IMG/VR virus record: IMGVR_UViG_3300025133_000040
Location: 32,001-96,000 of that record
Length of the DNA stretch: 64,000 nt
Strand: one strand, 5' to 3'
DNA from: a virus
Part shown: positions 46,993 through 55,192 of the stretch, in pieces
Layout: every line of letters begins with the position of its first letter
Numbering within the stretch: position 1 is the stretch's first letter
Made by a program: the position numbers and the translations under genes
The notes under the pieces: model-generated
Told to the model about the DNA's origin: nothing
Database searches by the model: none
What the model saw: only the letters and a program-made list of their open reading frames with translations

Positions 46993-47183
46993 TGTATTAC
47001 TTCCTCAATCAACCTTAGTCGTTGTCCTGAGAGGTCTTCAACCCCTATTAAATCTTGCAACTCTAAATCAAAAAGCTCTGGATGTTCTTGAGGGTCAAAG
47101 GTAATACTTAGCAGTCTACCATCTTTGTCCCTTACAATGTCCATGCTACCACCATAGTAAGTATGAAATGACCCACTCCGCAC
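46989..47183 (-). CDS. hypothetical protein
   Basis: small packed ORF. Confidence 0.45.
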   Translation of the reverse strand: MRSGSFHTYYGGSMDIVRDKDGRLLSITFDPQEHPELFDLELQDLIGVEDLSGQRLRLIEEVIQ

Positions 47184-47452
47184 CCCAGAAGCCTAGGCCA
47201 GCGGCCCAGCCAAGTAAATGAAAGAGACCAAACGCCTCCACCGTATGTCGTAAAGGGCCTTTTTTCTTCTCAGGTTCTTTCCACTTTGCCATCTGCCTCG
47301 TCCTCACAATGTTCACATGGTTCTATCCAACTATCGTCGCAGGAAGCGTGAGGAACACCCTCTCTACACCAGCCACAAACAACCACCTCTTTTGTGTCCC
47401 AGCAAAATGGACACTCGTCTCGTCCTTTTATTTTTAATCCAATCATACCTAC

Positions 47453-47480
47453 AGTATACAGTGGATTCTGTTAGAGTCAA
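47453..47480 (-). promoter_or_regulatory. conserved phage sigma70-type promoter
   Basis: TTGACT-N16-TATACT. Confidence 0.75.
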
Positions 47481-48079
47481 CCCCTGTACCAAAAATATCT
47501 TCGGCACTTAGCCTTGGACATGATTATGTCCGCTCCAATGTCCTTCTCGTGCCACCAAGTGAACGTGTAAGACACGGTCTCGGTCCTTGTCGCTGTCCTG
47601 TACTCACTAGAAGGAACACTCTTCCATCTGGAAACCCATCGCTCTAGGTCTACCCTGACTTGCGCTTTCTTCTTTTCGTCCCACACCATGACGTGATATG
47701 GCTGTGCATACTCATAGAGAACCCTCTTGCACACCTCGTAGGTATACTCATAGGACTCCCTGTGGTCGTCTAGACGGAAAGGAATGTCGTGTTCGTAGCA
47801 GTAGTCATATAGCTGCCACATTTTTTCTTGATTATCTAGGTCAAAGTCGAGGCTGTGTTTATTGACACGACCATCGTCTCTGTATTGTTTCTTTCGCTTA
47901 CGCTTCCACTTCCAACTCTTTTGTGGTGTGGAAGCTGGAATGTCATCGTAAGTGTGGGGAAGCTGACTCCTGTGTCGCTTGCCTCTGACGTATCGCTTGT
48001 ACTCAACGTCGCTGTTTGCCTTGCGCTCTGACGTAGTCTTCGGCCTACGGTAGCCACCACCATGACGGTGTCGTCTCAT
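47477..48079 (-). CDS. basic hypothetical protein
   Basis: AGGAG RBS; R/K-rich N-terminus. Confidence 0.65.
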   Translation of the reverse strand: MRRHRHGGGYRRPKTTSERKANSDVEYKRYVRGKRHRSQLPHTYDDIPASTPQKSWKWKRKRKKQYRDDGRVNKHSLDFDLDNQEKMWQLYDYCYEHDIPFRLDDHRESYEYTYEVCKRVLYEYAQPYHVMVWDEKKKAQVRVDLERWVSRWKSVPSSEYRTATRTETVSYTFTWWHEKDIGADIIMSKAKCRRYFWYRG

Positions 48080-48338
48080 AACGGACTCCTTGATTAAAGA
48101 TTAATAGTGTTACCTAAAAATCATCGGAAGCCCCTTTGTTAAGTCTTGTCATTGTCTCTTTGCTTTAGTTTTTTCCAGTATCTTTTGTTTTTAATTCTTC
48201 TTAGAGCTTTAGCGTGCTCTTTTTGAGACTCCATCACATCCTCAACACTTTTGTTTTTTAGTATGCTAGGAAGCTTCTTCTTTTCCATGGTTGTTCCTCG
48301 AAAATTTTTTTTAAGAGCAAAGCTCCAAAGGGCTACTT

Positions 48339-48668
48339 TTAGTATTCTGTCTTGCCGCCGTCAACCTGTCCGTCAGAATAACTTTCACCATTGATTATAA
48401 CCGTGGTGCCAACGTCTTTAATCTGAACAGCCTTAATCGCAGGCTTCTTCTCAGGAGCAACAGGCTTAGGCTCTGGCTTTGGCTCTGGCTTCACTACATC
48501 CACTTGAACCTCAGGAACCACAACTGGCACCTCGATAGGAGTAATGCTAAGGTTGTACCCAAGCATAGCTGATAGTGCAACTGCTGTGAACCAAGCCGTC
48601 TTTGCTTTCTCCCATTGGTCAAAAGCCCAAACCTTAATAGTTTCAACCCAATCTTTTTTCTTAGTCAT
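48339..48668 (-). CDS. membrane-anchored hypothetical protein
   Basis: TM segment followed by KPEP repeats. Confidence 0.6.
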   Translation of the reverse strand: MTKKKDWVETIKVWAFDQWEKAKTAWFTAVALSAMLGYNLSITPIEVPVVVPEVQVDVVKPEPKPEPKPVAPEKKPAIKAVQIKDVGTTVIINGESYSDGQVDGGKTEY

Positions 48669-48913
48669 TTCAGTGAATCTCCAGTATTCTTTCTGTGACC
48701 ACGAATCATCTTATTGATGTCGGGAACCTCGTCAATCTCGTTACTACCAACTCCTACAATCTCCCAGCCGCCTACCCAGGAACCATCGTCTTGTTTTATC
48801 TTGACGATTCGCCCCATCGAAGCAAAGCCAGAAGGAATCCACGCTACTTGTTTCATTATACCCGAACCCTCTGGTCGAGTCAAGGTGCATTGTTTGTATT
48901 TTTTCTTAGCCAT
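48665..48913 (-). CDS. hypothetical protein
   Basis: packed ORF. Confidence 0.6.
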   Translation of the reverse strand: MAKKKYKQCTLTRPEGSGIMKQVAWIPSGFASMGRIVKIKQDDGSWVGGWEIVGVGSNEIDEVPDINKMIRGHRKNTGDSLK

Positions 48914-49340
48914 AAGTCAACTCAAAAAACTCTCTCTTTAGGAAGTATGTTTGCTTGTTAGGGAGAAGGACTTTGTCTCGTCTCCATGAGTCTTTTAGTA
49001 TTGGTATCGCGCTTCTGTGGCATACCCAGAGGTGTGTGCTTGGTTTATTATCATAGATAGGGACCAGCATAGTCTTACTTCTGTTTAACCGTGTGAAGAC
49101 GTTGAAGTCTATGTCTGTGAAGCTTACTAGGGGGCTCACCCAGCACACCAAAGGGTAGTGATGGAGGGCTTTTATAACGGTGGCAACGCGACTCCAATAG
49201 GGGTTGCGATGGGTCATTACTAGCTCAGAGTGCCAGTGGAGAGAGTGTCTCTCAGCGTACTCAATTATGCCCGGCAGATTCTTCTTGCCGACCTTCCTCT
49301 GTCGCCCTACCGCACCTGTTAAGATGAGCTTGTTCGTCAT
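48906..49340 (-). CDS. degenerate GT34-like hypothetical protein
   Basis: YAERH...PYWSRV resembles 45436-46110; start trimmed to avoid the tRNA. Confidence 0.5.
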   Translation of the reverse strand: MTNKLILTGAVGRQRKVGKKNLPGIIEYAERHSLHWHSELVMTHRNPYWSRVATVIKALHHYPLVCWVSPLVSFTDIDFNVFTRLNRSKTMLVPIYDNKPSTHLWVCHRSAIPILKDSWRRDKVLLPNKQTYFLKREFFELTYG

Positions 49341-49375
49341 TCTTTTGTTGGCTCTATCATAGAAATTATCATAAG

Positions 49376-49444
49376 TAGCTAGTGAAGGAGTCGAACCTTC
49401 CAACCAAGTTTCGTAAACTCGGTGCCCCATCCCGAGGACCAGCC
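49376..49444 (-). tRNA. tRNA-Arg(ACG), shortened D-arm
   Basis: loop TTACGAA. Confidence 0.8.
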
Positions 49445-49495
49445 ATAGAGAGGGCTATGCCGCCCCCTCGTTGTACCGATTTTCAAGTCGATACG

Positions 49496-49720
49496 CTATC
49501 TTCTTCGCCACCTGCCAAACAACCTGTTGTTAGGCTTCTTGGCCACAGGCTTAGGAGTTGGCTTTTTCACTTCTGGCTTCACTACGACCTCTTCCACTAC
49601 AGGTGGGGCGAACTCATAGCTGACATTAACTACTGGGTTCATGTCGTACGAAACCGGAGACATGTCATATGCTAGTCCGACCGCAACTAGTACGGCGACA
49701 ACATTAATTATCTTATACAC
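49496..49720 (-). CDS. small membrane/secreted protein
   Basis: N-terminal hydrophobic segment, basic tail. Confidence 0.55.
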   Translation of the reverse strand: MYKIINVVAVLVAVGLAYDMSPVSYDMNPVVNVSYEFAPPVVEEVVVKPEVKKPTPKPVAKKPNNRLFGRWRRR

Positions 49721-49721
49721 T

Positions 49722-50699
49722 TTACGCCTCGCTTAGCTCAAGGACACGGTTAGCCGTGTCATACACTAGCTCCCTGTTGTATCCTCTCACAGAAGCAACA
49801 ACATAACCGCCCCCACCATTAATCATAGACTGAGAAATCTTAGGGCGAACAAAGAACGAGCCATCAGGTTGCTCGTGCCTCTTAGGTCCACCGTTCCATT
49901 CTCCCCAGCTATTCTGAATTAAAAATAGAGGTCCACCGTATTTTTGGTGAGCGTAATCCGTATCGTCTACACCAATCCAAGCCATAGCGTGATTCCACCC
50001 GCCCCCTCGCTCGCACAAGCCGTCCTCATTACGAGTTGACCTAAATCCGTAGCCAGAACACATAGGAATACCAAAACCCATAGCTAAGGCATCAATAGCC
50101 TCGTCCATAGACTTGACATTAAACACACGCATTGCCTTGTTCGTTGCCGCAATCTTATTAAGCCAAGCTGGGGTGCTTGAGCCTCCCCAGTTATGACCGA
50201 TACGACTGTTGTAACGACTCAAGTCAACAGAATTTCTTCCGTCTTCATACTTGTCACGGACCAGGAATCCACCTGGACCTTTTTGTGAGACGTACATAGC
50301 CAAACGCGAACAGTTCGCACCTTGACCACGATGCCCACGGTAACCGTAAATGTTTTCCGTAGCAAATCGCCCCTTGTACGTGGTCTCACCAAACATAGCG
50401 TCGATACAATAGTCCATCATACCGCCGTTACGAGTAGCGTGACTCACGCAGTCACCCGTCGTCTGACTCTCATAACCGCCGAAGTCGGGGTCTAGAGTCA
50501 ACGCTGCCTTATATGGCAATGACAATCGCCCCTTACCACGACCCTTGGCACCTGGAAAGGCGTCATAGAATCGTGGGGTAACCGTTCTCATAGCAGCATA
50601 AGACGCTGTATCATGTATAACCCCTTTGAAACCACCATCATAAATGTCTAGTAGTTGCTTTGGCGTAGGGGCGAAGTCATAATCTATGAAATTTGGCAT
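49722..50699 (-). CDS. papain-like (C1) cysteine peptidase
   Basis: QTTGDCVSHA, HAMAWIG, IQNSWG. Confidence 0.85.
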   Translation of the reverse strand: MPNFIDYDFAPTPKQLLDIYDGGFKGVIHDTASYAAMRTVTPRFYDAFPGAKGRGKGRLSLPYKAALTLDPDFGGYESQTTGDCVSHATRNGGMMDYCIDAMFGETTYKGRFATENIYGYRGHRGQGANCSRLAMYVSQKGPGGFLVRDKYEDGRNSVDLSRYNSRIGHNWGGSSTPAWLNKIAATNKAMRVFNVKSMDEAIDALAMGFGIPMCSGYGFRSTRNEDGLCERGGGWNHAMAWIGVDDTDYAHQKYGGPLFLIQNSWGEWNGGPKRHEQPDGSFFVRPKISQSMINGGGGYVVASVRGYNRELVYDTANRVLELSEA

Positions 50700-50702
50700 G
50701 GG

Positions 50703-51104
50703 TTACGCTGTTGCTCCAAAATCATAATCAACTGCGGGAGTCATAGCGGCCACGCCTTCATCATAAAGGGCAGACAACTCTTCTTCGCTCTTAGTTGCGG
50801 CCTTGTCAATCATGGCCTGAGCAGCGCGCTTTACGTTTCTACGACCGCGAACACCCATCGTCTTACGAACGTGAATCCGCAAACCAACCTGCTGTAGGCG
50901 AGAGGGGTTACCTGCTGCCTGCACAAAGTTATTTCGATTCTCTTGGCAACCCTGGATAAGTTCCATAATCACCTCGATGATAGCCATAATACCAGTAATA
51001 CTACCGTAGCCACCTTCGTTACAATCTTCACAAACTTCTTCTGCAAATGCTTCAATACTCATTTTACTTCTCCAAAACTTCGACAACTTGTTTAAAGGCT
51101 GCAA
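50703..51104 (-). CDS. hypothetical protein
   Basis: packed ORF; start probably at MSIE. Confidence 0.6.
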   Translation of the reverse strand: MQPLNKLSKFWRSKMSIEAFAEEVCEDCNEGGYGSITGIMAIIEVIMELIQGCQENRNNFVQAAGNPSRLQQVGLRIHVRKTMGVRGRRNVKRAAQAMIDKAATKSEEELSALYDEGVAAMTPAVDYDFGATA

Positions 51105-51810
51105 CGTGACCGTCGAGGTCAGACGCTTTCAAGCCCTGTTCTTTAAAAGCCTTACCTAGTCCAGGCCAGAATCCTGCCCACGATTTAAGTGCGGCACTAG
51201 GAAGGGCAGTAGCAACTCGCACCTTCGCTTCATTTACCATTGTTGCTGCGTCCCATGCTTCTGGGTTCGCTTCAACTTCTTGGCAGATATTAGCATAAAC
51301 ATCTGCAACCTTACCCTTAAACGTCAGCCCAGCCTCGTCAACCTTAGTTAAAGCAGCGGTAATCTTTTGCTTAAAGGCGTTGCTTGGGTTTGGGTTGGGG
51401 TTGGGGTTTGGATTGGGGTTTGGATTAGGATTGGGGTTGGGAGACGGACCAGAACCTAAAACCTCAATAGTAGCAAAGTGCTCATTATATTGAATGTTTT
51501 TCTTAAGGTCTGGAACACTGGTGCCATCGGGCTTCCAGTCTGGGTCAACCTTAACGTCAACCGAGATTGTAGTAAGCCTAATCTCGTACTTACCGGGAGG
51601 AGCCCAAACGTGAAGGCCCCTGCCGCTATCTACCACAATCTTTACTGCCGGACTAGGCACATTCCAAATATAAACATCAGCCTCAGCTTGTGCCTCGACA
51701 ATGATAGGCTTATGCGCATCAACCTTGTCTGGGGCACTAATTTGCGCACTCACCGGCACTGAAACCAGCATCATAATAGAAGCCAATAGTCCGATAGTCC
51801 ACTTTTTCAT
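51064..51810 (-). CDS. secreted protein with Pro-Asn linker
   Basis: signal peptide, Ig-like WAPPGKY segment, (PN)n linker. Confidence 0.7.
   Translation of the reverse strand: MKKWTIGLLASIMMLVSVPVSAQISAPDKVDAHKPIIVEAQAEADVYIWNVPSPAVKIVVDSGRGLHVWAPPGKYEIRLTTISVDVKVDPDWKPDGTSVPDLKKNIQYNEHFATIEVLGSGPSPNPNPNPNPNPNPNPNPNPSNAFKQKITAALTKVDEAGLTFKGKVADVYANICQEVEANPEAWDAATMVNEAKVRVATALPSAALKSWAGFWPGLGKAFKEQGLKASDLDGHVAAFKQVVEVLEK
51385..51441. repeat. degenerate hexanucleotide repeat encoding (PN)n
   Basis: gggttt/gggttg/ggatt units. Confidence 0.8.
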
Positions 51811-51904
51811 AGTTATCTCCTAGTTACGTAGCGGCACAACAATCCGTCCTAGCTCGCTACCATTTTCACAAACCCGCTGCTCCTAACAGCGGACATTAAT
51901 TAAG

Positions 51905-51968
51905 AGAGGAAGGACGGAATCGAACCGTTTGACATTGGAGTTGCAATCCAACGCCCCGCCACGAGGCA
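51905..51968 (-). pseudogene. tRNA-Cys(GCA) lacking a matching 5' acceptor strand
   Basis: D, anticodon (TTGCAAC) and T arms present; 3' strand CTTCCTC has no partner because the upstream ORF stop abuts it. Confidence 0.6.
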
Positions 51969-52541
51969 TTAGTCTCCGACCTCTGATACTACCTTATCAT
52001 ACCCCTTAAACTTAGTTTGCAGGCCCCTTTTGGCTGCCACAACATTTTCAAGGTCGAAAAGCGTGAGTTTTCCCTTATATACACCCATATTCTGTTTTAT
52101 GCAGTCTGGGAAACACATTTTCGTTTCTTTCGTCCTCTCGCAGAGAAGACCAATCATCTGAGCCCACTGGTGTTCGTTGTTTAGTCTTTTGGCCTTGTGC
52201 ATTACGTAGCCACGAACATCTGCGTCATCATCAAGTATAACGCCAACAAGGGCAGAGGTCAAGGTGGAATCGTAAAATTCTGAAAGGACTCCGTCTAGGA
52301 TGTTGCTTGCCCATAAAAAATCTTTAGCCCATAATTTATATATTGTATCACCTCTAGCAAAAAGCTCTCTACGGTATATAATGTTGCGAGTCTTATATCC
52401 AGTTCCCCATGGTTCCGGCCCCTTCTTAGTAACTAGTCTCGCTGTTTCTTCGTAGCGGAACGTCTCGTAGCCGTGAGCGGCCAACATCATCACAATTGGA
52501 ATGAACTTGTCGTCATTTGTGGTGAGGCTTGGTCTTCGCAT
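51969..52541 (-). CDS. protein-kinase-like fold hypothetical protein
   Basis: IYKLW, GYVM, DCIKQN..LFDLE resemble kinase catalytic motifs. Confidence 0.5.
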   Translation of the reverse strand: MRRPSLTTNDDKFIPIVMMLAAHGYETFRYEETARLVTKKGPEPWGTGYKTRNIIYRRELFARGDTIYKLWAKDFLWASNILDGVLSEFYDSTLTSALVGVILDDDADVRGYVMHKAKRLNNEHQWAQMIGLLCERTKETKMCFPDCIKQNMGVYKGKLTLFDLENVVAAKRGLQTKFKGYDKVVSEVGD

Positions 52542-52728
52542 CTAGAAACGCCTTATATTTAGCCCGGTAGACTTGAAACGCATCGTCTTTTGATGTATGT
52601 TTAGAACATCTTAATGTAAGACGGCTGATTGCTGGTTGGCAGCAGCAAGTTCCATCCCCTAAAGTGTGTTGGCAAACGGGCTTGAATTCTTCTATTAGTT
52701 GTTTTATTGTCTTGCCTGTGTCTGTCAT
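52513..52728 (-). CDS. small Cys-rich protein
   Basis: CQH..C..CSKH. Confidence 0.55.
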   Translation of the reverse strand: MTDTGKTIKQLIEEFKPVCQHTLGDGTCCCQPAISRLTLRCSKHTSKDDAFQVYRAKYKAFLDAKTKPHHK

Positions 52729-52800
52729 CTCATTTTGTAAAAAAAATTTTTTGACGATTTGGTTTAAACGGCTACTTTTAGAGCTTCGCTCTTAAATAAA

Positions 52801-53059
52801 AAGGCGAATCGTCTGACATTCGTCTAGGCTTTTCAGCCTTCCCCACCATTACGTGAATGTGGCAATTACTCACCACCCAAAGATGCACTAACCCGACTAT
52901 CACTAGGTCGCTCACGCCCTAAGTCTGTTTAGCTTGCACGCATTGTGGTACAAGCGGCCTAAGCCTCCCACAAGGAGCGATTGTGCCCTGAACTTGTCCT
53001 CTAGGTGCTACGCACCCAGCGTCAGACTATATAGCCAGGGTTCTGTAAATTCGTCTCAT
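52801..53059 (-). ncRNA. circularly permuted RNase P RNA-like gene
   Basis: 5'-ACAGAACCCTGGCT (CR-V/P4 3' strand), GTCTGAC (P2), P3 hairpin, GAGGACAAGTTCAGGG (CR-I), ..., GGAAGGC-hairpin, TAGACGAAT (CR-IV), GTCAGAC (P2'); own promoter. Confidence 0.75.
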
Positions 53060-53065
53060 GTCTAA

Positions 53066-53093
53066 AGTATACACTAGAACGGGCTGGAGTCAA
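53066..53093 (-). promoter_or_regulatory. conserved promoter of the RNase P-like RNA
   Basis: TTGACT-N16-TATACT. Confidence 0.8.
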
Positions 53094-53104
53094 CCTTATT
53101 CCAT

Positions 53105-53126
53105 AAAAAAAGCCACCTTTCGGTGA
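53105..53126 (-). terminator. intrinsic terminator of the tRNA operon
   Basis: GTCACC GAAA GGTGGC followed by T7. Confidence 0.8.
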
Positions 53127-53132
53127 CTTAAG

Positions 53133-53205
53133 AGCAGTTAGAGGGAGTCGAACCCGTCGTCTAAGCATCGGCAATGCCTTGTAATGACCGTTATACGATA
53201 ACTGC
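53133..53205 (-). tRNA. tRNA-Gly(GCC)
   Basis: loop TTGCCGA. Confidence 0.82.
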
Positions 53206-53209
53206 TTAG

Positions 53210-53280
53210 TAGGCCATAATGGAATCGAACCATCGTCATCTGCACGTCAAGCAGATATTCTACCATTGAAATAATGGCCC
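53210..53280 (-). tRNA. tRNA-Val(GAC)
   Basis: loop TTGACGT. Confidence 0.85.
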
Positions 53281-53284
53281 AAAG

Positions 53285-53356
53285 TGCGACTGCTCGGTAC
53301 TGCCCCGAGTTCTCTGAGTTGGAAGCCCAGCGTTCTACTATTTCTACTACAATCGC
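53285..53356 (-). tRNA. tRNA-Gly(UCC)
   Basis: loop CTTCCAA; variant T-loop GGCAGTA. Confidence 0.75.
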
Positions 53357-53368
53357 GTGGTTAATCTT

Positions 53369-53515
53369 TTATCTAGCTCTATATGTCGTAGTTTCACCAC
53401 AAGACCGACACCTGAAAAACGTCCTAAACTCAGACGACGGCGAAATGTCAACCATGTTAAAAGAATTACAGTCCTTGCAGACCGGAATAAACTTTCTTAG
53501 CAGTTTATAAAACAT
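53369..53515 (-). CDS. 48-aa zinc-ribbon protein (not in ORF track)
   Basis: AGGAAAG RBS; MFYKLLRKFIPVCKDC...CRSCGETTTYRAR. Confidence 0.55.
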   Translation of the reverse strand: MFYKLLRKFIPVCKDCNSFNMVDISPSSEFRTFFRCRSCGETTTYRAR

Positions 53516-53533
53516 ATCTTTCCTTTCCTTAAG

Positions 53534-53605
53534 TGGGTCGCCGGGGAGTCGAACCCCGTCCTATTTCGTTAAGAGCGAAAAATGCAACCATTACACCTGC
53601 AACCC
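53534..53605 (-). tRNA. tRNA-Lys(CUU)
   Basis: loop CTCTTAA. Confidence 0.88.
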
Positions 53606-53609
53606 AAAG

Positions 53610-53680
53610 AGCCTCTGACTGGAATCGAACCAGTGTTTTCTCGATACCAACGAGATGCACTACCATTGTACTACAGAGGC
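53610..53680 (-). tRNA. tRNA-Thr(GGU)
   Basis: loop TTGGTAT. Confidence 0.88.
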
Positions 53681-53685
53681 TTAAG

Positions 53686-53757
53686 TACCCCGCCTCGGAA
53701 TCGAACCGAGTCCTAACTGGTTAAAAGCCAGCAATGCTACCATGACACTCACAGGGC
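53686..53757 (-). tRNA. tRNA-Lys(UUU)
   Basis: loop CTTTTAA. Confidence 0.85.
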
Positions 53758-53767
53758 AAAATAAAAA

Positions 53768-53919
53768 GGGTCAATGAGACTATAATCACCATGAGTAATC
53801 TTTTGTTGTCGTACTCACAACGTCCGTTGGACGATTTACGCCTCCGAAGAGAACTCCTGCCAGGGAGTCGATTAACAACGTGTCCACCTACCAAGTAGGT
53901 AATCACTCGCGACTGCAAT
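53768..53919 (-). ncRNA. candidate multi-stem ncRNA
   Basis: GAGTGATT/GATTACTC enclosing ACCTAC/GTAGGT, ACTCC/GGAGT, a TTCG hairpin and CGTCC/GGACG. Confidence 0.4.
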
Positions 53920-53924
53920 ATTTA

Positions 53925-54600
53925 AGAGCCTGCGTTAGCTCTATCTAAACAACTACTCAACCGCATCCATTAACTCTGCCTTGCGAGCAGTTCAACTCCG
54001 CTAGGAGTTTAGTCGCTTTCCTCGATTAACTTGATTGACCTTGCGAGTCGCCCAAGTCAGTATTACCCCGAAGGGCTACCGAATTAAGTCGCTTTCGTTG
54101 TCTAGTGTGTCAGGACTTTTGCTTTGGTTAAAAATACAGGAATCGAACCCATACAGATTGTTTGATACAACAATTGCCCTACCGTTAGGCTAATTTTCAT
54201 TTGGCGAGAGACGTGCTGACACAGTTGCTCCATATCCTTTTGGGATGCAGAATACAACACGCCTCTCTGTACAGAGTCTTGCGGACTCTTATACCGTAGT
54301 TCAAGAGAAGGTGTGCCCCCTCTCTCTCATACTACCACATCCCACTTGTTTGCAGCTTGCAGAATGTAGTTACTGTTCCTTCCTCAGAAGTAAACTGTTA
54401 AATCCCTATCCCAGGCTATCACCTCTGGGAAGTAGTCGATAGTGTTACCCTCGTGCTACTTTCAGGCAGTCGTTCTTCCTATTGCCCATTACAGGACAAC
54501 AAGGAAAGGTCAGCTTGAATGAATGGACTCTTACGAGCGACAGCTTGCCACGCTGCCTTTGGGGAGATTGCTCTCCTTACCCTAATGACTTCATACAGCC
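53925..54600 (-). ncRNA. GOLLD-like large RNA with embedded tRNA-like element
   Basis: GTGTTGTATTCTGCATCCCAAAAGGATATGGAGCAAC..GCACG domain, GCAAAAGT, repeated GAAAGCGACT and CTCGCAAGG; lies inside the tRNA array; family from remembered consensus. Confidence 0.6.
54125..54199 (-). other. tRNA-like element with 8-nt aberrant anticodon loop and encoded CCA
   Basis: normal acceptor/D/T arms; loop TGTATCAA. Confidence 0.65.
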
Positions 54601-54603
54601 AAG

Positions 54604-54671
54604 TGGAGGTACAGGAAATCGAATCCTGCTATCTTCTCTGCCAGAGAAAAATCTTGCCCACAAGCACCCCC
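54604..54671 (-). tRNA. tRNA-Ala(GGC), shortened D-arm
   Basis: G3-U70; loop CTGGCAG. Confidence 0.78.
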
Positions 54672-54741
54672 GTATCACTGATTCGTCCAGGCTGGCTCAG
54701 TGAAAGCCTTTTTAAATTCAACCGCCGCTGGCGGTGAACAG

Positions 54742-54814
54742 TGGACACAAAGGGAATCGAACCCTACACAACCGCATTGCAAGTGCAGTTCGCCCCCTTG
54801 GAACATGTGCGCCC
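54742..54814 (-). tRNA. tRNA-Ala(UGC)
   Basis: G3-U70; loop CTTGCAA. Confidence 0.85.
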
Positions 54815-55192
54815 TTAGTTTAGCACCCTGTCCAGCCACCAGTGCCAGTCAGGAAACTCTTCGTATAACTCGTATCTACACAGTATTCGCTCTCGAATAT
54901 CTGTGTTCCACATTGCTACAGTAACGTCCATCCAGTGCTTTCCAACAGCGTAGCCGTTGTACTTGTCGCCTGTCTGTTGGAATAACCCGAGTCTGAGGTC
55001 TCCCTCGCCACGAGATTCCCAGAGGAACATCGCAACCGCAGCGTCGTCGGAAAAGTCTAACACCTCAGACTCACCAGCGAAGTACTGGTAAATAGGCTGT
55101 ATCCTTCTCCATTTCGTTGACGGCTTCGCCATCAACTCAACAACTTCTATGCCCGCAGGCACAATCAACCTCAGAGACAGACCACGCTTCAC
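54815..55192 (-). CDS. hypothetical protein
   Basis: ORF in tRNA array; start probably at MAKP. Confidence 0.55.
   Translation of the reverse strand: MKRGLSLRLIVPAGIEVVELMAKPSTKWRRIQPIYQYFAGESEVLDFSDDAAVAMFLWESRGEGDLRLGLFQQTGDKYNGYAVGKHWMDVTVAMWNTDIRERILCRYELYEEFPDWHWWLDRVLN

Noticed and set aside
49446-49497. Additional tRNA-Ser fragment
   Set aside because: Only an anticodon-like hairpin; no T-arm or acceptor stem.
51385-51441. G-quadruplex or telomere-like repeat
   Set aside because: Explained by codons of the (PN)n linker with synonymous variation.
54125-54199. Opal suppressor tRNA explaining the TGA at 44701
   Set aside because: TCA is off-centre in an 8-nt loop without U33 geometry, so decoding is unlikely.
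54604-54671. tmRNA acceptor piece
   Set aside because: It has its own GGC anticodon arm and closes as a single tRNA; no tag reading frame seen.
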